A stretch of DNA of 64,000 bases from Patescibacteria group bacterium (GTDB lineage: Bacteria; Bacteroidota; Ignavibacteria; Kapaibacteriales; Kapaibacteriaceae): the NCBI GenBank assembly GCA_044376225.1, contig JBILLF010000004.1:1694-65693 (forward strand), given 5' to 3'. Positions 55,962 through 64,000 of the stretch are shown here, piece after piece. The notes beneath the pieces are model-generated. The model saw only the letters and a list, made by a program, of their open reading frames with translations, was not told the DNA's origin and searched no databases. How positions within the stretch are numbered: the first letter of the stretch is position 1; each line of letters begins with the position of its first letter. The translations under genes and the position numbers were made by a program.

Positions 55962-56665
55962 GGCTGCGAATCTACGGCGTTGGCTATGATGTCCTGCACA
56001 GACTGCATCAGCCCCTTCTCCTGCTCACGTGTTGCATTCTCCGGTACGTCCATCGGAGAGAAGAGGTGCAGGTGCACCGTACCGCCACGCAGGCTTCGGG
56101 TGCCCTTGGGCAGGATCGATGCTGTACCTGTCATGGCCACGGGCACGATTGGCCGTGCACTTTTGACGGCGAGTGAGAACGCCCCACGACGGAATTCCTG
56201 AAGACGTCCGTCAGGGCTACGCGTCCCTTCGGGAAACACGAGAACTGAACTGCCCTGGCGCAGCGTGGCTGTAACCTCGTCGAGGACGGCAGCCGCCTTA
56301 CGTTTCTTACCGCGGTCAATGGCAATGAACGGAGAGAGAGCCAGACTCCAGCCGAAGATTGGGACGCGTTCAAGTTCCTTCTTGTACATGATGCGAACGT
56401 TATCCGGCACTTCGGCTAGGATCACCGGTATGTCAAACATGCTGGCGTGGTTCGATGCGTAGATGTAGCGCTCACCCGGCACAATGTGCTCGCGACCATG
56501 CAGAACTACCTTCACTCCAGCCCAGCGCAGCACCATCCGAGACCAGCTCCGAGCGTAGGCATAAAAGACGTCGTCATTACGCCAGAGCAGCATGTGCAGC
56601 ATAACGACGATGGCATAGACCACGGTCAGAAGTATCAGAGCGATAATGATCAACCAGGTTCGCAT
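55958..56665 (-). CDS. plsC: 1-acyl-sn-glycerol-3-phosphate acyltransferase
   Basis: The ATG at 56665 gives an N-terminal TM helix (MRTWLIIIALILLTVVYAIVV). NHASMFD (H-x4-D) and FPEGTRS motifs are present. The track start at 56791 adds an implausible 42 aa. Confidence 0.88.
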   Translation of the reverse strand: MRTWLIIIALILLTVVYAIVVMLHMLLWRNDDVFYAYARSWSRMVLRWAGVKVVLHGREHIVPGERYIYASNHASMFDIPVILAEVPDNVRIMYKKELERVPIFGWSLALSPFIAIDRGKKRKAAAVLDEVTATLRQGSSVLVFPEGTRSPDGRLQEFRRGAFSLAVKSARPIVPVAMTGTASILPKGTRSLRGGTVHLHLFSPMDVPENATREQEKGLMQSVQDIIANAVDSQP

Positions 56666-56726
56666 CCGGCAAACCTCGCAATCGCAGGGGGCTTCACCAA
56701 GAACTTCCCTTACCGCATATTGCGCC

Positions 56727-57047
56727 ATGCCAGGACTTGAAGATCTCGGCTCGCTGCTCGGAATGCCCGAAAAGAGCGAGAAACCTACCAATCAGCCTCC
56801 AAAACGCCTCGGCCATGATGGTCAGGTGCTGCGTCTTCGTGTGCGCGTTGAAAAACGCCGCGGCAAAGCGGTGACCATTGCCTGGGGCTTTTTCTCCCAC
56901 CCGGCAGAGCTTAATCGCCTGCTGTCGTTGATGAAGAAGTCTCTGGGAGCGGGCGGACAGATCGTCGATCAGAGCATTGAGATGCAGGGAGATCACGTCC
57001 AGCGCATCAAGGACCTGCTCATCGCCGAAGGCTATCGCGTCGGTTAA
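56727..57047 (+). CDS. SUI1/eIF1-family translation initiation factor (YciH-like)
   Basis: The start was chosen at ATG 56727. The C-terminal RVEKRRGKAVTIAWGF...LKKSLGAGG...IEMQGDHVQRIKDLLIAEGY is the SUI1 fold signature. Confidence 0.85.
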   Translation: MPGLEDLGSLLGMPEKSEKPTNQPPKRLGHDGQVLRLRVRVEKRRGKAVTIAWGFFSHPAELNRLLSLMKKSLGAGGQIVDQSIEMQGDHVQRIKDLLIAEGYRVG

Positions 57048-57055
57048 GGGGCTGA

Positions 57056-58129
57056 TCAGTCTGCCGCGACGATACTTCCGGGATTGATTCCGACATCAAC
57101 GCGGCTGATGACCGTTCCGACTGTGTCGATGACCACGACCTCCCCATCGGTGACGTAGTTGCGGGCATTGCCGATGATCAGTCGAGAAGTTCTTCTGTCC
57201 CAGGCCAGCGAGTACCATGCGTCACTGGTCGATTTGCTGATGACCGTCGAGAGCATGCCTCTGACGATTCGGCTCACGCCCGCTGCGTGCAGCACGTAGA
57301 GCGTCCCGGTAGCGGGATCAACACAGGCCGAGGTTGGCGAACGAAACCGGTAGTGCTGGATGATGGTTCGCTTCGAAGGATCGTAGAGGACCACGCCACC
57401 GAGAGAATCTGGCGCAGAGACAACATGACGATATGTGCACCACACCCTGCCGGTGCGGGGGTCTTCGAGCACATTCATGACGTTGGGAAGCCCCCGAATG
57501 GTATCGAGCGTCGAAAGATCGGATGCCGCAAGAACGAAAACCGTACCAGCACCCGGCTCAGCTTGGCGCAGATCACCGAGACCGCTGTTGGCCACATAGA
57601 CTCGGCTACCAATCACGGTAATGCCTTCCGGGGCGGGACCAACCTCAACGCGCGGGACTCGGACCGTGAGGGTACGGGCGTTGAACTCAGCGATAGACGC
57701 ATCGTTGAGGAAGGTACAGACAGCTACGGAGTCGTTAACGAAGGCCATGGCATAGGGCTCGCGCAGATCCGGGAATCTCAGACGTCCGAGCCAGAGACCA
57801 CTTCGCCGGTGGAACATCTCGATCGAACGCGACGTGCTGACGACAATCCAGATGGTATCTCCCCGCAGGTGAATGTCCGACCCTGTATCGCCCAGTCGTA
57901 GCCCCTTATTAAAACCGCCCACAACGTCTCGCACCAAACGTCCATCATCGGCAATGAACCACAGCGTCGAGTTATCCTGACGCCAAAGTCCTTGGCAGAG
58001 AACGAACATGCCGGGGCCATCAATACGGCCCACTTCAACCGGAACTCCACTTGGCGTTGGCAGGCATCCATTGATGAGCAATGCTATGGTCACAAGCGTC
58101 ACCAACAATATCGAACGCAGCAGTGTCAC
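57056..58129 (-). CDS. YVTN/YncE-like beta-propeller lipoprotein
   Basis: The GTG start overlaps the upstream stop (GTGA). MTLLRSILLVTLVTIALLINGC is lipoprotein-signal-like. It has repeated ...VGPAPEGITVIGSRVYVANSG... type blades. Confidence 0.7.
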   Translation of the reverse strand: MTLLRSILLVTLVTIALLINGCLPTPSGVPVEVGRIDGPGMFVLCQGLWRQDNSTLWFIADDGRLVRDVVGGFNKGLRLGDTGSDIHLRGDTIWIVVSTSRSIEMFHRRSGLWLGRLRFPDLREPYAMAFVNDSVAVCTFLNDASIAEFNARTLTVRVPRVEVGPAPEGITVIGSRVYVANSGLGDLRQAEPGAGTVFVLAASDLSTLDTIRGLPNVMNVLEDPRTGRVWCTYRHVVSAPDSLGGVVLYDPSKRTIIQHYRFRSPTSACVDPATGTLYVLHAAGVSRIVRGMLSTVISKSTSDAWYSLAWDRRTSRLIIGNARNYVTDGEVVVIDTVGTVISRVDVGINPGSIVAAD

Positions 58130-59190
58130 GAGCGCAAGACCTTTGCGAGAATCTGGCGCTCGCCATCAATGATGATCACATAGTACCAACCACGCGGCAG
58201 CCATGCCAGATCTAGCCGGATAATGCCGGCATCATGCTGCATCGTGCTGATCACGCGTCCCGTCAGATCCATGATCTGCGACGTCGATGGCCGCGGCAGA
58301 GACAGCTCGACCAATGAAGATGGGAGCACGGGCGTGATACCTACATCCCAGGCCGCATCAACCGAGTGTAGGGCGAGAACCACATCGAGATCGAATCCCG
58401 AAAGAGTCGGGTCGAAGAATGGGCTTGTCGGGTTATTGAGAATGATTGACGTAACGTCGTGCAAGCGCACCCATCGAACGGAATCCATGCCAATGTCGGC
58501 AAGATCAAATCGGTCTCCCCCGCTACGCTGCGGATCAAACGGGTCCTGTCCCGAGGTTGGCGTGAGTCCGGCAAGCCCCCTGCAGCTTACCGAGTCATAC
58601 GGAAACAACTTCCACTCGAGTCCATCACGACTGACCTCGACCGTTGCCGGCTCGGCATAGATGCGTCCGGGGCCATAGCGAAAGGCATTCTCAAACACCG
58701 TAAAGTCTGTTCCCGGGCCGTCAACGATTAAGCCTCTACGCAATCCGAGCGTGATGCTGCCACCAAGACCGATGGAACATATCTCGCGCGGATCTGTGGC
58801 AGGGACTGTATCTCGGGCGAGTATAGAAGGACCGGTAAGCACATTCGCTGGGAAGAAGGCACCTCCCCGACCAATCCGCTGTCCGGTTCCGAACGCAAAG
58901 GACTTGACGGTATCTAGGGGCTGAGCTCTCCATTGTGCCATTGCCGACGTTGATGCGAGCACCAGGAGCGTAAACCACACGAGCAGTGAATCGGCAACGT
59001 TCGACCAGTCAAACGGACAATGGCGGCACTTGTTACCACAGCATTCTCCTCGACGTCGGTGCGCTACCTCAGTTATCACGCGGTATCCAGTGGCCGGATC
59101 GAGATACGCCTCACGTCCGCTGGCACAGGCCTCATCATGCAGCTGCTGGGTGCATTCATCGAGGTTGAGTGGTGGCTTGCGGAGCGCCAT
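58126..59190 (-). CDS. Fusion ORF: N-terminal Cys-rich DUF5522-like domain, a hydrophobic segment, a secreted domain, and a T9SS C-terminal sorting domain
   Basis: Residues 1-65 carry GYRVITEVAHRRRGECCGNKCRHCPF, the DUF5522 pattern as I recall it. Residues ~69-86 (LLVWFTLLVLASTSAMAQ) look like a signal peptide. The tail (IMDLTGRVISTMQHDAGIIRLDLAWLPRGWYYVIIID...KVLRS) is CTD-like. An in-frame GTG at 58980 could start a separate secreted protein. Confidence 0.65.
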   Translation of the reverse strand: MALRKPPLNLDECTQQLHDEACASGREAYLDPATGYRVITEVAHRRRGECCGNKCRHCPFDWSNVADSLLVWFTLLVLASTSAMAQWRAQPLDTVKSFAFGTGQRIGRGGAFFPANVLTGPSILARDTVPATDPREICSIGLGGSITLGLRRGLIVDGPGTDFTVFENAFRYGPGRIYAEPATVEVSRDGLEWKLFPYDSVSCRGLAGLTPTSGQDPFDPQRSGGDRFDLADIGMDSVRWVRLHDVTSIILNNPTSPFFDPTLSGFDLDVVLALHSVDAAWDVGITPVLPSSLVELSLPRPSTSQIMDLTGRVISTMQHDAGIIRLDLAWLPRGWYYVIIIDGERQILAKVLRS

Positions 59191-61121
59191 TACAACTCCA
59201 CTCCCGCGATCACCCGCATGGCGCGCCCCGGCATTGGGTAGCCGCGCACAACTTGATACGAAGCGTCGAAGAGATTATCACACTGCAGCATGACGTTGGC
59301 CCGCAGATAGTGACCGTGCATCCGTAAACCGGCCTGCAGCGAGGTCAGCGCAAACGGCTCCAGCATCAACTCCCGTGGCTCGCCGGGAAGTGCGTATCGA
59401 TAGCCGGTGTAGGACCACTGTGCCGATACAAACCAGCTTCCAACGTCCCATTGAAGGAGAGTCGAGGCAAGCTCAGGCACGGCATACGGAACCAGTCGAC
59501 CGTCAAGTGCCGGCCGGCCAGTGGCATCGCGCATCAACTGTAGCGTGTATGACCATTGTGCCAGAAGCTGCCCATCAAACCCATGAGCACGCACAACCAG
59601 TTCAGCCCCCTGACTTGTGACCCTTCCGACATTTTGGGCACTTGTAAGCACGGGGCTTACCGGCACTGAAACGATCAGGTCGCGGATCATCGCACTATAG
59701 GCTGTCAGGTCAATCGTGCACCATGACCATGGCTGGGCAACGACGCCGACGTCAAAAGTCGATGCACGCTCAGAGCGAAGGTCCCGAGTTCCGTAGTTCA
59801 GATAGTACAACTCGTTAAAAGTTGGCGGACGAAAACTCATGCTCCATCCTGCCCGCACGGCCAATCCCTCTGCCAAGGGGCGACGCAGTGCGATCATTGG
59901 CGAGAGTGCTACACCGACATCAGAAAAGACGTCGGCGCGCAGGGCCATGCGCAGTTCAACATCTGAGGCAAACAGATCCAACATTATGGCGTCAGCAGCA
60001 GCACTGATCGATCGACGTTGGACAGCCTCGCCAGACGAGGTGAGAATGGATGCTCCTCGAAGATCGGCGTGCGAAGCATCAAGGCGGAGCGTCGTCAGCC
60101 AATCCGCCTTCTGATGTCGCCAAACGGCGCTCAGCATTGCATCGCGCTGCACATACCGGACGTCGATGCCCTGCGTGCCGATGATCGTCGCATCGGGGTC
60201 GGCAAAATGCTGATCAAGGTGACGAATTGATGTGAGGACTGTAAGTCGGTCAGTAGCAGATTCAAAGAGCACCGAGCGGACGATTGCCATGAGGTCGTCA
60301 TCGCGCAGCCGAGCACGTGCCTGGGTGATGGATCCCTGCACGACGGCACCAGGGACACCGCGATCGGCTGAGCGCAGGATCAGCGTTGCCGCATGGCGAT
60401 CACCGAGCTCAAGCCTGGCAAGCCCCCTGACGTGGCGGACATCGCCATTCTGACGGTTCACCTCGAACGCGGTGCCGAATTGAGTGGTCTGAAAGGGAAA
60501 CGATCCTCGCGTTCCAAGCATGTCAACGTCCACGCCAAGTCGGGCTCCTTGGCCGATGCTGAGAGTCGCACCGACAGCCGAGCGCCATTCGTTGAACGCG
60601 CCATGCGCCAGCAATCCAGAGACACTTGCCGTGTCAGCAAGTCGCAGGTGGACGTCAAGGGCACCCGTAAGGGCGTTAGCGCCATAGAGTGCCGACGCGC
60701 CACCGCGAATTACCTCTACGCGATCGATCGTTCTCACGGGTATCGACGCTAGGTCGATGCTACCATTCTGGGCTGATGACAGCCGGGCACCATCGAGCAT
60801 CACCAGGGCCTGCGCTGAGGAGCCCCCTCGCAGCGAGACGAGTTGCAGTCCACCAAGCCCGCCGTAATCCCGGACGAACACGCCGGGAAAGAGCGTCATT
60901 GTTGCCGCCATCGACATTGGAGACATTCGATCTATCACTTCGCGAGTTAACACCGAGCGTGCCGGACCTGCCCCGGTGATGTCAGCTGTCCAACGCAGTG
61001 CGGTTACAACTATGGCACTATCACGCTGCGTGACGCGCAGCGAATCCTCATCCGCAGCACGTGCCGACATCAGTGCAATTGTTGCCAGCAGAGAAATGCA
61101 TATCGTCGTTGGAGCAGTCAC
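59190..61121 (-). CDS. TonB-dependent outer-membrane receptor
   Basis: 643 aa with a GTG start and a signal peptide. The plug domain has IVVTA and VEVIRGGASALYGANALTGALDV, and it is followed by a long beta-barrel. Confidence 0.9.
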   Translation of the reverse strand: MTAPTTICISLLATIALMSARAADEDSLRVTQRDSAIVVTALRWTADITGAGPARSVLTREVIDRMSPMSMAATMTLFPGVFVRDYGGLGGLQLVSLRGGSSAQALVMLDGARLSSAQNGSIDLASIPVRTIDRVEVIRGGASALYGANALTGALDVHLRLADTASVSGLLAHGAFNEWRSAVGATLSIGQGARLGVDVDMLGTRGSFPFQTTQFGTAFEVNRQNGDVRHVRGLARLELGDRHAATLILRSADRGVPGAVVQGSITQARARLRDDDLMAIVRSVLFESATDRLTVLTSIRHLDQHFADPDATIIGTQGIDVRYVQRDAMLSAVWRHQKADWLTTLRLDASHADLRGASILTSSGEAVQRRSISAAADAIMLDLFASDVELRMALRADVFSDVGVALSPMIALRRPLAEGLAVRAGWSMSFRPPTFNELYYLNYGTRDLRSERASTFDVGVVAQPWSWCTIDLTAYSAMIRDLIVSVPVSPVLTSAQNVGRVTSQGAELVVRAHGFDGQLLAQWSYTLQLMRDATGRPALDGRLVPYAVPELASTLLQWDVGSWFVSAQWSYTGYRYALPGEPRELMLEPFALTSLQAGLRMHGHYLRANVMLQCDNLFDASYQVVRGYPMPGRAMRVIAGVEL

Positions 61122-61198
61122 CGGACTGCGAAACTACGCCACCCGGCCGCGTCATACTTTGGAGAAATGCCCGCTGTAGCGTAGAATTGCAGCCCATT

Positions 61199-61276
61199 GG
61201 TCGCTTAGCTCAGCTGGTTCAGAGCGTTCGCTTCACACGCGAGAGGTCATAGGTTCAAATCCTATAGCGACCACCA
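61199..61276 (+). tRNA. tRNA-Val (CAC), CCA encoded
   Basis: GGTCGCTTAGCTCAGCTGGTTCAGAGCGTTCGCTTCACACGCGAGAGGTCATAGGTTCAAATCCTATAGCGACCACCA. Acceptor stem GGTCGCT/AGCGACC, anticodon loop TTCACAC (anticodon CAC), T-loop GGTTCAAATCC. The discriminator is at 61273 and the CCA at 61274-61276. Confidence 0.92.
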
Positions 61277-61299
61277 AACAGGTTTCAGGTATAAGGTTG

Positions 61300-63243
61300 T
61301 CAGTAATCGACAACAGAGCCGTTCGTAAGCGCTCTTGCGTGATTGGCAATCCTTCTCCCCTCCTTCAAGGATCGTGGCAACCGGACATCAATGAATGATC
61401 CTTGTCCAGGGTGACTATCGATACTCACTTCACCTCCAAGAAGATCGATCCGGGCTCGCAACTCACGGAGACCCGTTCCACCCCTGATGGCCATGGGGTC
61501 AAAACCCCGCCCGTTGTCTTCCACGGACAGATGAAATTGATCATCATGCGCCACGATATTCAACGCGCAATGCGCTGCGTTGGAGTGCTGAATAACGTTC
61601 TGCAGAAGATTTTGTGCAGCTCTGTAGAGCGCTCTGGCGCATGATTGAGAGATGTCAGAGAATGATCCATTGATGAGAATCTGCAACTCCATTTCTGGAA
61701 CTGCGCGACGTAGTTCATCGCCCAGCTCTTCGAGTGCCCGCTCGATATGACCATGAGAGTTGCTTTCTTCCACTAGCTGGTAGGAGATGCGGCGTGCGTC
61801 ATTCACTACTCGAGAACATACCTTGTGCAGTGTTGTTAGAACAGGAGCAAGGTCGGTCGGTACTCGATCTAGATCATGAACCAGTCGTTCAGACAGCCGC
61901 AGTAGCACGGCAAGATTCTGGCCAAGTGAATCATGGATCTCCCGACCGATCTCATTCATCATCGCCGTTTGACTATCGAGCATGACCTGAGAGTGCTCTC
62001 GGCGCAGCTCCATTTCAATCCGCGTGCGCTCGGCTTGAAAGCGAGCGTGCATTTCGATAATGAGACTCGTGCTCTTCGACACAGCTTCCAACCGTTGATC
62101 TTGCACGCGGACATACACCTGCAGCAACTCAAGGCGAAAACCATCATCTTTCATCCATGTGAGCACATCAGAAATCAACATTGAGGTGTGCTCAAGCAGG
62201 CGATGTATCTGCCCCAGATCGATCGCCTCGCGCACCGCCCGAACAGCAGCATCGTGATTGCCAGCCTTATAGAATAGGAACGCCTCAGTACCGGCGATCT
62301 GCAAACGTGTTTGGGCGTAGAGTTGATTCTGTGGGATAGCATTGACGGATCGCACGAGTACCTCTGCCGTTGCAAGATCCCCACGAATCATCTCTAACTC
62401 TGCCAGAGCTGAGAGGCACTCCGCACGCAGGGCTACTATCCCCTGAGCTTCTGCAATTGAGAGCGCCTGGCGATAGTACTGTTCCGCCTTCACGTATTGA
62501 CCGGTTATCTTGTTGATCAGCGCAATGTTCAGCAGCACCTCGGCGCGGGGTATTCCTGGGTCGGTAAATGGAGCTGAGTCAAGTGCGGAAATGTACCGTT
62601 GCTCAGCCTCCTGATATTCACCTGACCGAAGGAGAGCTTGGGCAAGATTGGCTGTCAGAATAGCATAGTTCTTCTTCGGCCCATGGTTGCGGAAGATCTC
62701 CGTGATTGAAAGGAACTTTTGGATTGCATGGGAATGATCGCCTAGAATCAGAAGTATATGCCCGATCTGATGTTCACAGACAGCATTCTCGTAGTACCAG
62801 CCCAACGAGTGGAAGGAGCATGCAGCATTGAGAAGATGCTTAAGTGCCACATCATACTCGGACTTCAACGTAAAGGCAACACCTACCATGAAATCTCTGA
62901 CGGCACGCGCCGAAGGGTCGTTTGTGAGCGGATGGGCCTGAAGACGTCCAATGCACGAATCGGCAATCTCTACTTCTCGAAGGTTGTTTGCTATTCGGAG
63001 CTTCAGGATCTCTATTACGAAGGATTGAAGATCCGACTCTGCTTCCGGCAATGAGTCTATAGTAGCGCTTGCTGAGGATAGATTGAGCTCGTTGATCTCA
63101 CAGATTGCCCGACCTATCGGTTCCCAATCACTCTCTGGAGCTTCAAAAGGTGTTCCCGCGAGCGTTGCGTGTATGAAACTTGCCAGAATATCCGGGTCAT
63201 TGGTAGATTTACGGAGACAAGACATTGAACGTTCTAAATTCAT
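61300..63243 (-). CDS. Cytoplasmic TPR-repeat sensor histidine kinase (HisKA_3 + HATPase_c, NarL/LuxR-partner type)
   Basis: 647 aa with no TM segment. The N-terminal ~370 aa are TPR-like (YYRQALSIAEAQG, EQRYISAL...). H-box EIHDSLGQNLAVLL. ATPase motifs NVIQHSNA, DNGRGF, GTGLRELRARIDLLGG. No adjacent response regulator. Confidence 0.85.
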   Translation of the reverse strand: MNLERSMSCLRKSTNDPDILASFIHATLAGTPFEAPESDWEPIGRAICEINELNLSSASATIDSLPEAESDLQSFVIEILKLRIANNLREVEIADSCIGRLQAHPLTNDPSARAVRDFMVGVAFTLKSEYDVALKHLLNAACSFHSLGWYYENAVCEHQIGHILLILGDHSHAIQKFLSITEIFRNHGPKKNYAILTANLAQALLRSGEYQEAEQRYISALDSAPFTDPGIPRAEVLLNIALINKITGQYVKAEQYYRQALSIAEAQGIVALRAECLSALAELEMIRGDLATAEVLVRSVNAIPQNQLYAQTRLQIAGTEAFLFYKAGNHDAAVRAVREAIDLGQIHRLLEHTSMLISDVLTWMKDDGFRLELLQVYVRVQDQRLEAVSKSTSLIIEMHARFQAERTRIEMELRREHSQVMLDSQTAMMNEIGREIHDSLGQNLAVLLRLSERLVHDLDRVPTDLAPVLTTLHKVCSRVVNDARRISYQLVEESNSHGHIERALEELGDELRRAVPEMELQILINGSFSDISQSCARALYRAAQNLLQNVIQHSNAAHCALNIVAHDDQFHLSVEDNGRGFDPMAIRGGTGLRELRARIDLLGGEVSIDSHPGQGSFIDVRLPRSLKEGRRIANHARALTNGSVVDY

Positions 63244-63301
63244 AGATGATAGAGAGTATTATTCTCGCAATTTACAATTCATCAACTAAAAGGATTACAC
63301 A

Positions 63302-63550
63302 ATGCCTCAAGGAACCGTTCAACAGGGTGGCAATGGGTATGTTATCGACCCGGGAACGAATCAGCCAACTGGCCAGCAGATTACAATTTCCACAGGTCAG
63401 GTTGTCGAGTACCTCACTCAAGATGGCACGATTAATGGCGACGGAAGCATCAGCATTCGAGTAGGCGCTCGAATTGGGATGATTGGCGGATCATATGATG
63501 GAAAGATCGTCGAAACAGGCAAGGTGATCACTATTACCAGCCCTAGCTGA
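63302..63550 (+). CDS. Hypothetical small protein (82 aa, Gly/Thr/Ile/Gln-rich)
   Basis: ATG preceded by AAAGGA. MPQGTVQQGGNGYVIDPGTNQPTGQQITISTGQVVEYLTQDGTINGDGSISIRVGARIGMIGGSYDGKIVETGKVITITSPS. No signal peptide. The 3' end overlaps the ppsA 3' end by 8 nt. Confidence 0.5.
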   Translation: MPQGTVQQGGNGYVIDPGTNQPTGQQITISTGQVVEYLTQDGTINGDGSISIRVGARIGMIGGSYDGKIVETGKVITITSPS

Positions 63551-64000
63551 CAGCTTCGGCCTGTGCGATGTTTCGGATGCCTCGGATGAGAGCATCCGGA
63601 GTAAACGACATGCTGTCGATATGTTGATGAACGAGGTAGGTCGCAAACTCCGGCCGATCGCTTGGTGCCTGACCGCATAGGCCAACAGGCCGGCCGGATT
63701 GCTTTGCGCGGCTGATCATGTCACTAAGTACTGACAACACAGCCGGATCAGACTCGTCGAACAATGGCCCGAGGATCTCAGAGTCACGGTCAATACCGAG
63801 AACCAACTGCGTAAGATCATTCGAGCCGATGGAGAATCCGTCAAAGATGGCGGCGAACTGTTCGGCCAGAACAACGTTACTGGGGATCTCGGCCATGACG
63901 TATACCTGCAGCCCGTTGCGGCCTCGCACCAGGCCAGACGCTGACATCGTCTGTAGTACGTTGCGTCCTTCTTCGGGAGTCCGGCAGAACGGGATCATCA
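63543..64000 (-). CDS. ppsA: Phosphoenolpyruvate synthase, C-terminal PEP-utilising TIM-barrel part (N-terminus beyond window end)
   Basis: FSIGSNDLTQLVLGIDRDSEIL and the catalytic-Cys motif GLCGQAPSD match the PpsA C-terminus. The reading frame stays open to position 64000. Confidence 0.8.
   Translation of the reverse strand, partial: MIPFCRTPEEGRNVLQTMSASGLVRGRNGLQVYVMAEIPSNVVLAEQFAAIFDGFSIGSNDLTQLVLGIDRDSEILGPLFDESDPAVLSVLSDMISRAKQSGRPVGLCGQAPSDRPEFATYLVHQHIDSMSFTPDALIRGIRNIAQAEAVS

Noticed and set aside
61122-61198. Cobalamin or other riboswitch upstream of the TonB-dependent receptor
   Set aside because: Only 77 nt separate the receptor start from tRNA-Val. That is too short for a B12 riboswitch, and no conserved B12-box-like sequence is visible.

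Overview
The window is a 64-kb chromosomal stretch, mostly housekeeping, from a moderately GC-rich bacterium that looks like the Fibrobacteres-Chlorobi-Bacteroidetes (FCB) group. Four proteins end in T9SS-type C-terminal sorting domains, and two genes are preceded by TTG-N17/19-TAnnTTTG promoter-like motifs. I call about 58 protein genes, 1 probable pseudogene and 2 tRNAs (Cys-GCA, Val-CAC).

The recognisable genes are leuS, miaE, fmt, pyrC, efp-accB-accC-gcvH, hisS, ptsN, acs, kdsB, gatC, plsC and ppsA (partial). There are also LPS and glycosyltransferase genes, two APC permeases, a SEDS protein, two sensor kinases, an AddA-like helicase-nuclease and a TonB-receptor operon. Genes are tightly packed in two long co-directional runs (+ from 7185 to 21848; - from 53302 to 36316), with many 1-4 nt stop/start overlaps.

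I found no rRNA, CRISPR array, transposase, prophage, reverse transcriptase or recognisable defence or toxin system. I cannot point to a convincing novel multi-gene system.

The most unusual features are these:
- The SEDS-merR intergenic space (40346-40650) consists almost entirely of heptamer and 32-mer tandem arrays around a GC palindrome. A related heptamer array exactly fills a convergent gene gap at 4233-4275.
- An AT-rich islet (about 34100-36000) carries an unknown 122-aa gene flanked by an 18-bp direct repeat, plus two tandem paralogous small secreted proteins.
- A translationally coupled operon encodes a TonB receptor, a Cys-rich-domain::T9SS-cargo fusion, and a beta-propeller lipoprotein.
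- A divergent pair of large T9SS cargo genes includes a 1679-aa LamG/Ig-repeat protein.
- EF-P appears to have Asn at the usually modified Lys/Arg loop position.

All family assignments come from motif recognition by eye. No database search was possible.
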